A program made the position numbers and the translations under genes. From IMG/VR virus record IMGVR_UViG_3300021121_000001, positions 51,328-115,327 of that record: a stretch of 64,000 nt of DNA. One strand, written 5' to 3'. Numbering within the stretch: the first letter of the stretch is position 1; each line of letters starts with the position of its first letter. The notes under the pieces are model-generated. The model did not search any database and had not been told where the DNA came from. It saw only the letters and a program-made list of their open reading frames with translations. Positions 10,610 through 19,244 of this stretch are shown here, in pieces. The DNA comes from a virus. Its lineage: Duplodnaviria > Caudoviricetes.

Positions 10610-12317
10610 ACTCATAATCAAGTATTTTACCCACCAGATCTGACCTGTGGTTCTCTTTTAACTTCACCCATTTAATTTCTTCAAATTTCTTTGACAATTC
10701 TATTGCATAGGAAAGCCCTGTAAAATGTTCTTTTGTATCCTGTTGTTCATTATCCCCATTAATAACTATCTTTCCTGTTTTGCCAAGTCTTGTAAGAATA
10801 GCCAGCATTTCTGCTTTTGTAAGGTTCTGAGCCTCCTCCACTATAAGTATATCCTCTATTGTCTTACCTCTGATGAACTGTACAGGAAGTGCATCTATAT
10901 GTTTCTTATCCACCAGCTCATCTATCTTAACCTTATCATAGCACTTGTAGAGATTCTCTATCAAGGCTTCCATATAAGGATTGAATTTATCATCCAGTCC
11001 ACCAGGTAAGTAGCCTAGTGTTCTGCCTACCTCAATAGCTGACCTTGTAACCATTATCTTGTCACACATCTTCTTATTAAGAAAGTCCAAAGCAGTGACA
11101 GCACCCACGAGAGATTTGCCGGAATTGTGTGTAACTGTAAAATCTTCCAACAAAAACAAATGATCTCCGTCTAACTCAAATCCAAAATATTCGTCAACTA
11201 TGTCTTTTTCCACCTTTATACCTGTATGACTTCTATTCTTAAAATTTGAACCTATTTCATTCTTTTTCCTTTCTATTTTTAAAGGTAAAAGGTCTGTAGG
11301 AGTTATAGAAATTCTATAAACATTGCAAGAATAAACAGAACCATCTTTTCTTTTCATCGTGGCTGTTTTTGGTCTTATATTTGTTTTATACCCAAGGGAT
11401 CTGGAAATAAAAACAATACCTTCTGACAATTCTTTTGATTTTAGAGTGAGTTCATAATATTTTCCACGTTTTACATAATGTCCATCACTATCCAATAGAC
11501 CTGAAAGTAAGGCTATTCTATTCTTCTTAGAATTATAAATATATTTTTCGGGAATGTATTTATTTTTCAGTTTAGATACATTTGTTATATTATAGAGTTT
11601 TTTAAACTCCTCATTGGAATTAAATTCTTTTTCGGGAATAACATATTTAAAATTGCCGCGATTAACAGCCCCTAAAGACTCTAAATAGACAATAATTTCC
11701 GGATCTGCTGCTGTTATTGTTTTTAAAGAGTCTGTACTGCCATCTCCCAACCAAAGTCCAAAATAGTAAGGATCTATAATTAAAGGTTGCTGTTCAAATT
11801 CAATACAACCTGAAATATACCCTTTTAATTGTTTTTCTACAAGAGATGTGCCTTTTAATTTAAGGTAATCTTTGATTGAAATATTATATACCACCTCTTG
11901 TTTTTCATGTATAGGGTTTTGTGAAAGATCTAGTTTTCTTTTATTATTTTCTGTTATTTTTGGATATTTAGCCGGAATAACTCTTTTTAAAGATAGTATA
12001 TGAGATTCATTTACTCTATAATCAATTCCTTTATTTTGCTTAACCCAGTACATTTGTTCAACACCTCTTTTAAGGTTTAGTACACTTCTAGGAGTGCTAT
12101 CCACCCCCATTAATTGATCCCCAACTAAAATATTCTGAACCTCCTTAAAAGTACCATCGTACATAAGAACTTTAGTGCCTTTACTAAGACATCCTGCCCT
12201 TCCTGTAATGATAACTATCTGATTCTCTATAATAAGCCTTTTGGCTTCTTTCTGTTCCTCATTAAGTGTAATAAGATACTTGATCTCATTCTTTCTTTCT
12301 CTGTTTGGCTCTTTCAT
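10599..12317 (-). CDS. phoH: PhoH-family ATPase interrupted by an intein
   Basis: GRAG|SGKS P-loop after intein removal; GYLPG, FIRG, EEAQN, LTRLG, GDxxQxD and HRS motifs; likely start MKEPNR just after a promoter. Confidence 0.92.
   Translation of the reverse strand: MKEPNRERKNEIKYLITLNEEQKEAKRLIIENQIVIITGRAGCLSKGTKVLMYDGTFKEVQNILVGDQLMGVDSTPRSVLNLKRGVEQMYWVKQNKGIDYRVNESHILSLKRVIPAKYPKITENNKRKLDLSQNPIHEKQEVVYNISIKDYLKLKGTSLVEKQLKGYISGCIEFEQQPLIIDPYYFGLWLGDGSTDSLKTITAADPEIIVYLESLGAVNRGNFKYVIPEKEFNSNEEFKKLYNITNVSKLKNKYIPEKYIYNSKKNRIALLSGLLDSDGHYVKRGKYYELTLKSKELSEGIVFISRSLGYKTNIRPKTATMKRKDGSVYSCNVYRISITPTDLLPLKIERKKNEIGSNFKNRSHTGIKVEKDIVDEYFGFELDGDHLFLLEDFTVTHNSGKSLVGAVTALDFLNKKMCDKIMVTRSAIEVGRTLGYLPGGLDDKFNPYMEALIENLYKCYDKVKIDELVDKKHIDALPVQFIRGKTIEDILIVEEAQNLTKAEMLAILTRLGKTGKIVINGDNEQQDTKEHFTGLSYAIELSKKFEEIKWVKLKENHRSDLVGKILDYEYGK
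11124..12191 (-). mobile_element. Intein (356 aa) with LAGLIDADG homing endonuclease in the PhoH Walker A
   Basis: Starts CLSKGTKV, ends FTVTHN followed by Ser; FGLWLGDG and LSGLLDSDG motifs. Confidence 0.93.
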
Positions 12318-12322
12318 AATTA

Positions 12323-12330
12323 CAAATATG
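12323..12330 (-). promoter_or_regulatory. Bacteroidota-type -7 promoter (CATATTTG variant) for the leftward operon
   Basis: TACATATTTG 5 nt before the phoH ATG, with TTTGG about 25 nt upstream. Confidence 0.5.
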
Positions 12331-12831
12331 TACAATAAATTCGACACTTCCAAATATATGTTAAACATTTTAACATATTTGTTAAAACATAGCCCCTTCT
12401 AATTAATTTCTAATTTAATATCCCCCTCCCTGTTTATTATTCTCAATTTAATAAATTCAATTTTTAAATATTTTTTGTGTGTTTTAATATGTTAAGCCCG
12501 TTATTTGAGACACCCCATATAGATTTTGAAAGTGGTGTTATGCCCCCACATGGAAGCAAGAAGGAGAAAACAACAAACAGCCAGATCTGACACCTGTTGT
12601 CTTAATGTTGATAGATATAGCATTTAAACCTACAAGCCTAGCCTTGTGTTACTTTTTGGGTTTAGATTTAGGGATGTTAAATACAAACAGCCAAATCAAA
12701 ACAGGACATGTAGTCTTATTTTAGATTTGGTATAGCATTTAATTTCTATATAGCAAATTTCTGACACCTTTAGTCCTAATTAAGATATTTATAACTAAAA
12801 CCTTACGGTGTATAGGCAACCGACTGATAAT

Positions 12832-13260
12832 ATGGCTACTCAATCTCTCATCGCTCTTAGTATTACAAAGAGCAAAAACCCAAGTATTTTTATGGTGAAT
12901 ACTGCAAAGGGTGCTTTTACTGTTCGCAAACCATATTTGGACAAAAGGGGAATAATTGTTCAAGACATCTACAAATTCCCTGAACCAACTGTCGTTATTG
13001 TGGAAACCCACAAAGGCGATGTAAAAGACGAGAAAGGCAATATCATTACAAAAGGTGATTACATCTTCGGGTATGATGCTAATGGCAAACCTGCTCAAGC
13101 TCCTACAGACAGTTCTGTTCTGAATGAGAACGGAGAGCCAAGGTATCTCAAGGGAAGCACTCCTACCTGGGAATCTGATGGCTCCACTGTCAGAAGTTTT
13201 GTCTCTTTCCAAGAATTTAAGGCACAGCTTGAGCTTGAAAAGCTCATGGCTACAGCCTAA
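12832..13260 (+). CDS. Hypothetical protein (first rightward gene)
   Basis: Clean ORF MATQSLIAL..., followed by a hairpin. Confidence 0.75.
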   Translation: MATQSLIALSITKSKNPSIFMVNTAKGAFTVRKPYLDKRGIIVQDIYKFPEPTVVIVETHKGDVKDEKGNIITKGDYIFGYDANGKPAQAPTDSSVLNENGEPRYLKGSTPTWESDGSTVRSFVSFQEFKAQLELEKLMATA

Positions 13261-13269
13261 TTCCTAAGA

Positions 13270-13695
13270 CATTGTCACGTAATTCCTGAACAACAGGGGG
13301 TGACAATGCTTTCTTAATGATCAATAGTTTGATCAAAACTAAGACTTTTTGTATAAAGTATTAGTCGTTAAGACTTTCCTTTTAGTTCAGGGATGGACTA
13401 TTAGGAGCTATAGGACTTATTAGATGAGATAAATAGTACTGGTAATACTATGAAACAGTCTAATAGAATGAATAGAAGTTGGTCGTCTATATCAAATGGT
13501 TCAAAGACCAAAATAAGAATAGTACAATAATCGAACAAAACTATTCTTATAAAAGATACAGAGTTGGGTTTCCAGACTATACTCTTCGATAAATTATTAC
13601 TATTAAAAAATGAGGATATAGTAATGGTTCTATTGCTTGAACAAGATAGCAATCTGATAGACCAGCGGTCTCAGGAGATGAAACTTCTCCTAACT
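13270..13695 (+). ncRNA. Candidate ~430-nt structured non-coding RNA (strand assumed)
   Basis: About 10 consecutive inverted repeats with almost no spacer; no credible ORF. Confidence 0.45.
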
Positions 13696-13725
13696 TTTTA
13701 TTTAACCATTTAAAATCAATAAATT

Positions 13726-13929
13726 ATGCAAGAAACATTTTTAAGAGAAGAAGTTAGAAAAATAATTTGTGCTACAATAATGACTATGCCTAGGGTAGGT
13801 AAAGGCATTATTAAAGGAGATAACCTAGGTGATAGAGCAGCCAATGTTCTTGATGCTTGGGATTCTACTAAAGGTAGCACAGATCAATTTACGATAGTGG
13901 CAACAAATAATGCTATCAAAAAAGTCTAA
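13726..13929 (+). CDS. Hypothetical protein
   Basis: A-rich leader; followed by hairpin AGTTTAGCC...GGCTAAACT. Confidence 0.55.
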   Translation: MQETFLREEVRKIICATIMTMPRVGKGIIKGDNLGDRAANVLDAWDSTKGSTDQFTIVATNNAIKKV

Positions 13930-13974
13930 TTTAGTTTAGCCGGAGATAGTATCAAAGGCTAAACTTCTTTTATT

Positions 13975-14092
13975 TTTTCATAATTGATTGATTTTCAATA
14001 TTATGAATGTATTTTTATGTCACAAATATTTGTATAATTGTGACATAAAAGTATTATTTCTTTTTCATAACTTGTTGATTTTAAATATTATA
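13975..14092. promoter_or_regulatory. 13-bp palindrome flanked by two direct repeats, each holding an IHF consensus site
   Basis: TTTTATGTCACAA (14013-25) / TTGTGACATAAAA (14038-50); WATCAANNNNTTR on - strand at 13981-93 and 14068-80. Confidence 0.6.
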
Positions 14093-14356
14093 CAGGTATC
14101 TTGAACTCCAGTCAAGAAAAGGTTATCTTTTCTTAAGACTAGAACTATACAGTGCACTCCAGCTCTATAGCATAATTGTCACACCACTATAGATTTAACT
14201 TCGCTTTTATTTTGAAGTCTCTAAGCACCTTGAAGTGATCTCCTATCTTAAAGGCAAAATATGTCCATTATAAAGGTGATTTAATCCTTCTTCTCTCTGG
14301 ATATTATTCCAAGTTGATGAGGTAATTATAAGAATTTATTCTTAACTTAGGGACAT

Positions 14357-14475
14357 AAAAAAAGCCTGAAGATTTACCAACAGGCTCTAATTTGTCCTGC
14401 TGCTAAGGAAATCCTTAATTCTATTTAGATTTTCATCTAAATATATTAACAGTAGCAACAGACAAAATTTATATC
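14357..14475 (-). ncRNA. Candidate ~115-nt small RNA or attenuator leader
   Basis: TATCTTTG promoter at 14487-14480, long hairpin 14389-14470, terminator AGCCTG..CAGGCT-T7 at 14386-14357. Confidence 0.55.
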
Positions 14476-14614
14476 AATACAAAGATAATCAATTTATCTG
14501 TAACCACCTAAGGATTTAATTAGATAATTACTCTGTTAATATAAATAACATTTTTGACATTTCCAAATATAATCGGTAAATAGCCTTTATTTATCGGTGA
14601 ATTGATTCTATTAT

Positions 14615-14666
14615 AGAAAAAGTAGTGTTTTTTCCATACAAATACCAGAAAAAGTAGTGTTTTTTC
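14615..14666 (+). repeat. Two exact 20-bp direct repeats AGAAAAAGTAGTGTTTTTTC (32-bp period)
   Basis: Copies at 14615-14634 and 14647-14666. Confidence 0.85.
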
Positions 14667-15289
14667 ACTACTCATCAAATCTCCCAAGACCTTTAGCAGC
14701 ATTAAGTTTGAGGCACATTTCCTTTGATTTCCTTCTTATTATTATTTCAGAAGAGTTGAACAATTAAAATGTCTGACACCTATAGTCTTAATATTGGTAT
14801 GTTAAGCTAATGTTAAGAGTTTTATGTTTTTATAAAAAATAAAAATAAGAAACCCCCTTACATATACTTCATTTTTGTAATACCAACATTGATTATCAAT
14901 AAGTTATGATTTTTATAAACGCTTTATTTTTTAGTTTGCAATGTTAACTAAATCTTAAGAGGAAATATCTCCTCAAATGACGTTGGAAATTTTTTAACTC
15001 AAAAAAACACTTAAAATATTGATTGTCAATGCTTTAAGTCAAATTCTTCTTCAATAGAATTATTTTTCTGTACTTTGGTACGAAATATGAAAAATAAATG
15101 AAGTTAGTTTGTTGAAGAAATTGTGTCGTTTGCTTAAACATTATGTTAAAATTGTGTTAAAATGAGGCTATTGCTAGAAAACAAAAAGGCTTTTAAAAGA
15201 AAAAAAACAAAAGAAAATATCAATTATTCTCAATATTGAAAAAAATACATTAATATATACAATTTATAACTTTAAAAACAACTAAACAA

Positions 15290-15520
15290 ATGAAAAAAAC
15301 TTACGCCTTTTCTATTTCCTATTATGAGGAAAGAGATACCTTTATTGTAAAGGGAGAAAATCAACAACTTGCTTTTGAGACTCTGAAAAAGTCTAAATAC
15401 AAAGATACCGATGTAAAAGATAACAATGTAAATGTATTTGCAGGAATAACTGTAGAAAATACAGATATATCTGATTGGAATATTACAGATATAACAGACC
15501 AAGAATGCATTGGTTTCTAA
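15290..15520 (+). CDS. Hypothetical protein
   Basis: A-rich leader, followed by a terminator. Confidence 0.65.
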   Translation: MKKTYAFSISYYEERDTFIVKGENQQLAFETLKKSKYKDTDVKDNNVNVFAGITVENTDISDWNITDITDQECIGF

Positions 15521-15522
15521 AT

Positions 15523-15564
15523 GGTTTACTGGAGATAGAAATGTCTCTGGTAAACCTATTTTTT
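15523..15564 (+). terminator. Rho-independent terminator
   Basis: GGTTTACTGGAGA..TCTCTGGTAAACC plus T-tract. Confidence 0.7.
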
Positions 15565-15587
15565 AACTTTTTAAACCATAAACAAAA

Positions 15588-15788
15588 ATGAAAAATCTAC
15601 TAACCTTTCTTGTCTTCTTCTTTACCTTTATGTTCTTTTTCTTTCTGATATCATCTGTAGGCGCACTTTGGTTTCCTTATGCAGATGTTATAACAGATCC
15701 TTCGTGGTTTGCTATCTACTGTACAGTGTTTGGATGGTGGATGGCAGGAATTGTAGCAGACGAGTTCTACGAAAATCTTCCGGAGTGA
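15588..15788 (+). CDS. Small two-TM membrane protein
   Basis: Two hydrophobic stretches. Confidence 0.65.
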   Translation: MKNLLTFLVFFFTFMFFFFLISSVGALWFPYADVITDPSWFAIYCTVFGWWMAGIVADEFYENLPE

Positions 15789-15892
15789 TAATAAGGAATC
15801 ATTAGGTTAGGTTGTTAGAATTACAACATTTAAAACTACTTCCTACGGAATACCGCATTAGTAACCTTTTGATTCCCTTTTAAAACAAAAAA

Positions 15893-16048
15893 ATGAAAAA
15901 ATTTGAATATTTATCAAAAATCTGGACCTATACTGAATTTTCAAATCAAGCAGATAGACTAGGTGATTTAGGATGGGAGTTAATTACCGTATTACATAGA
16001 AGCAATATTGATTATTTTACTTATTATTTTAAAAAAGAAAAACAATGA
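15893..16048 (+). CDS. DUF4177-like small protein (51 aa, below ORF-track cutoff)
   Basis: MKKFEY...RLGDLGWELITV...YYFKKE. Confidence 0.6.
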   Translation: MKKFEYLSKIWTYTEFSNQADRLGDLGWELITVLHRSNIDYFTYYFKKEKQ

Positions 16049-16293
16049 AAATATTTCAATTTATTCTGTATCCTCTTATATTCATATGGGGATTTTGGGG
16101 AGGGTACATTGCAAGAAATCAAGAAATAGAAAATCTAAAACACCAAATAGATACATTTCCGGAATCTTATGATTACCAAATAGAAACAAATCTAAAAGGA
16201 TACACTATTTATGAAGGTAGTAGACCTGTCTCATTTGTAAAATGGAATCAATCTCAAACTTTTGACAGCATCATCATAAAAGACAATCTTTAA
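16045..16293 (+). CDS. Membrane-anchored hypothetical protein
   Basis: N-terminal TM helix. Confidence 0.6.
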   Translation: MKIFQFILYPLIFIWGFWGGYIARNQEIENLKHQIDTFPESYDYQIETNLKGYTIYEGSRPVSFVKWNQSQTFDSIIIKDNL

Positions 16294-16312
16294 TTAACTT
16301 AAAAACAAAGCA

Positions 16313-16468
16313 ATGGAAAGAAAAACATTCCTCTTTTATGAGAAGAATGGTAGTGGCACTCTCACAATATCAGCAATGGACTTTGATGATGCCATACTTC
16401 AGCTTAACGAAATGGTAACATACCCAATAGAGTGGAGATGTGATAATGATGAAGGGGAAGACGAATAA
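16313..16468 (+). CDS. Small acidic hypothetical protein (51 aa)
   Basis: AAAAACAAAGCAATG leader, open frame to TAA. Confidence 0.5.
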   Translation: MERKTFLFYEKNGSGTLTISAMDFDDAILQLNEMVTYPIEWRCDNDEGEDE

Positions 16469-16816
16469 ATATTCCCTCTGCAATTTTATTATGAAACATT
16501 TCCCTCTTTTATTCGTATAACAAATAAAAAACAAAGCAATGTATCAAATATATGTAAACCAAACAAAAGTATTTGAATCTGATAACTATCTTAAATATCT
16601 TAATACACTTGAGATGTTAAGTAAATCTAGTTGGAGAGATTCAATTATTTAAAATTACAAAACAATGAAAAGAAAACAAGAACTTGAAATTCTAATATCT
16701 GCTGTTAGTGAAAAACTAGGAGATGAATTAGTAAACTTTCATAAAAAGTTTCTACAGAAGAAGGCGCATTTCCACAAATTGGTTATCAGAGTATAAACCT
16801 ATAAAAACCATAGAAG

Positions 16817-17122
16817 ATGAAAGAAAAGAAAGAAAAGTCTGGAACAAGTGTTACTTATTTTAAAAATGGAATAGTTCTTAGAAAAAAGAACAAAAGATTT
16901 GAAATATACGAACTTCCTGATCATTTTCAAGGTCGTGCTATTGAACTAAGAGCTTTTACTACAATAGATCCTAAAGATGCTGAACAGTATCGTAAACAAG
17001 GAGCTCATGTTTTTAGAGATAGAGTAGCAGTTACAAGGCTTACTCTTACAGAGGAAACCTTCTACGAAGTTTGTCACTCAAGTCTGGAGTTTCTTAAAAT
17101 GAAACGAACAGGCGAAATATAA
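16817..17122 (+). CDS. Hypothetical protein
   Basis: ORF on coding strand. Confidence 0.6.
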   Translation: MKEKKEKSGTSVTYFKNGIVLRKKNKRFEIYELPDHFQGRAIELRAFTTIDPKDAEQYRKQGAHVFRDRVAVTRLTLTEETFYEVCHSSLEFLKMKRTGEI

Positions 17123-17287
17123 TCTTAAGAGCACCGGATACTCACCTTTTTGATTAATGTTTGTGCCATTGTTATCCTTCTTTGCCTTACAATAGTTTCG
17201 GCAATAAATGGAGATATTTTGGTAGATTATTGATTTTCTATTTATGAATGTTAACATTTTTATATTATCTAAAACTCTTTCTGAAAA

Positions 17288-17614
17288 ATGAAAAAACAAG
17301 ACAGAATTGCCATGTATAAAATGGCTTTGAGAGACTACACAATATGTAAGTATCTGCCTTTTCTGAAAAGTTTCTACAGAACTGAAGACGGTCTTTGCCA
17401 TTATTTTATTAAGCTTTCTATAGACTGGCAATTACCTGAACTTAAAGAAGCTTATTATGAAATTTATAAACACTGGCCTTATGCATGGTGGTTTAAGATA
17501 GGCGAAATCAAACCAAGGATAGAGATCCTTAAAAAAGCTATTGAACTGGCTGAAAACAAAACAGAAAAAGAGGAGGCTATACTTCTGGAAAAATGTGCTA
17601 TTTATTTACAATAA
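17288..17614 (+). CDS. Hypothetical protein (paralog of 22139..22495)
   Basis: YKxAL..GxCxYF..LPEL..WW..RI..LKxA shared. Confidence 0.65.
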   Translation: MKKQDRIAMYKMALRDYTICKYLPFLKSFYRTEDGLCHYFIKLSIDWQLPELKEAYYEIYKHWPYAWWFKIGEIKPRIEILKKAIELAENKTEKEEAILLEKCAIYLQ

Positions 17615-17655
17615 AAACAATTAATTCATATTTTTTTAACAAAAACCAATAAAAA

Positions 17656-18261
17656 ATGCTACCAGCAATTAAACAAGAAGACCTTCTAAATGAAGGCATT
17701 GAGATCAAAGTTACGCAAAATGACGTAATAGACATGATTGTATCTGAACAGATACAGAAAATACTTTCAGAATTGGAAACACTTAATCTGAAGTCAGAAG
17801 AACTTATTAAAAAACATAACAATTCAAAAGTTCTAAAAGTAAAAGCACCTAAAGGTGCAATTGAAATTAAATGTTATCAAACAAAAAGTGAATGTAGTAA
17901 TTATTCTATTTTTTCAATTCAAACAACTGAAAGAAATTCAGGAAAGATTGATATTTCCAGAGATTCAACTAGACTTTATTCTTCTGTGGAGCAAAATAAC
18001 AGATATGAAATAACTATTGACGGAGTTTTGTTTGAGGGAAGAGTTTCTAAAACTGTTTCAACTAATTTAAGTGAAAAATTTATATCTGAGGTTGAAGAAC
18101 ATAATAAAAATGTACAATCTTTTCTCGATAGATTTCCTAAAGGAATAGATGAAAAAGCTGTAACAAAATTAATAAAAGCTCAATTTACAAAACAAATTGT
18201 AAAAAGTACTTCTAAAGATTTTAGAGGTCAGCTTGCTCAAAGTTTTGGTATTTCAATTTAA
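17656..18261 (+). CDS. Hypothetical protein
   Basis: 201-aa ORF. Confidence 0.7.
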   Translation: MLPAIKQEDLLNEGIEIKVTQNDVIDMIVSEQIQKILSELETLNLKSEELIKKHNNSKVLKVKAPKGAIEIKCYQTKSECSNYSIFSIQTTERNSGKIDISRDSTRLYSSVEQNNRYEITIDGVLFEGRVSKTVSTNLSEKFISEVEEHNKNVQSFLDRFPKGIDEKAVTKLIKAQFTKQIVKSTSKDFRGQLAQSFGISI

Positions 18262-18271
18262 AATCAATAAT

Positions 18272-18520
18272 ATGAACGCTGTACAACAAGCCATCAAAGA
18301 AGGCAGATTGCAATTTTTTGCAAACGGGAGTTATAGATATACTCCAACTCAAGAATATCTAAACAAATTTAAAAGAGAAAAAGCAAAAGCTGTTTCTTAT
18401 TTACAGGGTTTGAAAGATGCTGTAGACAAGCTTGATCGCCTTGACAAAGCTTTTCAGATCGCCAAAGAAAGAGGAAAAAGGGTTTCCCATGTTTCCTTTA
18501 ACAGGATACATCTTGTTTAG
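18272..18520 (+). CDS. Hypothetical protein
   Basis: Likely start MNAVQQ; TAG stop. Confidence 0.6.
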   Translation: MNAVQQAIKEGRLQFFANGSYRYTPTQEYLNKFKREKAKAVSYLQGLKDAVDKLDRLDKAFQIAKERGKRVSHVSFNRIHLV

Positions 18521-18615
18521 CAGGGTGAGAAACTGCGAATAGTTTTTCTTACAGTTTACTTGAGATTAGACTAACAAAATCTCTAAATTTTTTTAACAAT
18601 TTTAACAATTTTAAC

Positions 18616-18981
18616 ATGCAAACAATTGAATTTAAAAGACTGTTCAAAGCAGCAAATCTGAAAAACTTTTCTGTACTTCGCGTAAACACAAATGGTTATC
18701 CATTTGTCACTGTTATGAATGCAAATAACAGGGCAACAAATCTTTATTTCTCTAAAAATGCTTCAGGACTTGTTCTTGATACATTTGGAGAAGGTAAATC
18801 TGTAAAAAACTATCTGCAAAGTGCTTCTGTTGTAAAAACAGAAAATGAAGCAGGAGAAATGCGTTACAAGATCACCAGCCAGGGAGAATATGAGACTTTT
18901 GAAGATGTAGAAACAGAAATAGATTTTGATTTGGCTCTTTTTGCAAAAGAGTTTGAATCTCAAACTGTAACAACAGCTTAA
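18616..18981 (+). CDS. Hypothetical beta-rich protein with acidic tail
   Basis: ORF followed by a strong terminator. Confidence 0.7.
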   Translation: MQTIEFKRLFKAANLKNFSVLRVNTNGYPFVTVMNANNRATNLYFSKNASGLVLDTFGEGKSVKNYLQSASVVKTENEAGEMRYKITSQGEYETFEDVETEIDFDLALFAKEFESQTVTTA

Positions 18982-18993
18982 TTTTTTTAACTT

Positions 18994-19032
18994 AAAGCCC
19001 TGTAAGATTTAACAATTTTACAGGGCTTTTTT
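18994..19032 (+). terminator. Rho-independent terminator
   Basis: AAAGCCCTGTAA..TTACAGGGCTTTTTT. Confidence 0.8.
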
Positions 19033-19046
19033 AATTATATTGCATC

Positions 19047-19244
19047 ATGAAAAGTCCAATGCAGGAATTGATTGAGATGTATGAAATAGATGAATCAGAT
19101 CAGGAATATTTTCTTGAACTTGAAAAACAAGCTATTATAGATGCTGTAAATAAAAGTGAAAAGATCAAATATATAACAATATTTGAAAGTGATAATTATC
19201 AAACACCGGGAGAGATTTATTATAACCAAACATATTCTTCATGA
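19047..19244 (+). CDS. Hypothetical protein (paralog of 26436..26654)
   Basis: QEL..EKxxIxxA..YYxxTY. Confidence 0.65.
   Translation: MKSPMQELIEMYEIDESDQEYFLELEKQAIIDAVNKSEKIKYITIFESDNYQTPGEIYYNQTYSS

Larger units (their letters stand above)
12586..14792 (+). repeat. Dispersed motif TCTGACACCT-NTWGTCYTAAT (12586, 12760, 14772; degenerate copy near 12705)
   Basis: Three exact TCTGACACCT copies with conserved downstream GTCYTAAT, all in the same orientation. Confidence 0.8.

Noticed and set aside
13312-13466. Two hammerhead-like junctions (TTAATGA..AAAAC..GTC; TAGATGAG..GAAAC)
   Set aside because: The invariant CUGAnGA/GAAA core residues are missing in both.
13295-13695. tmRNA or tRNA (GGGGGTGAC start; GGTTCAAAGACC T-loop-like)
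   Set aside because: No matching acceptor stem, canonical T-arm or CCA end; no tRNA recognised anywhere in the window.
12570-14800. CRISPR mini-array
   Set aside because: The repeats are few, irregularly spaced and lack uniform spacers.
17123-17287. Possible degraded membrane-protein gene
   Set aside because: Hydrophobic fragments occur in several frames but with no clear start or coherent ORF; not supportable.
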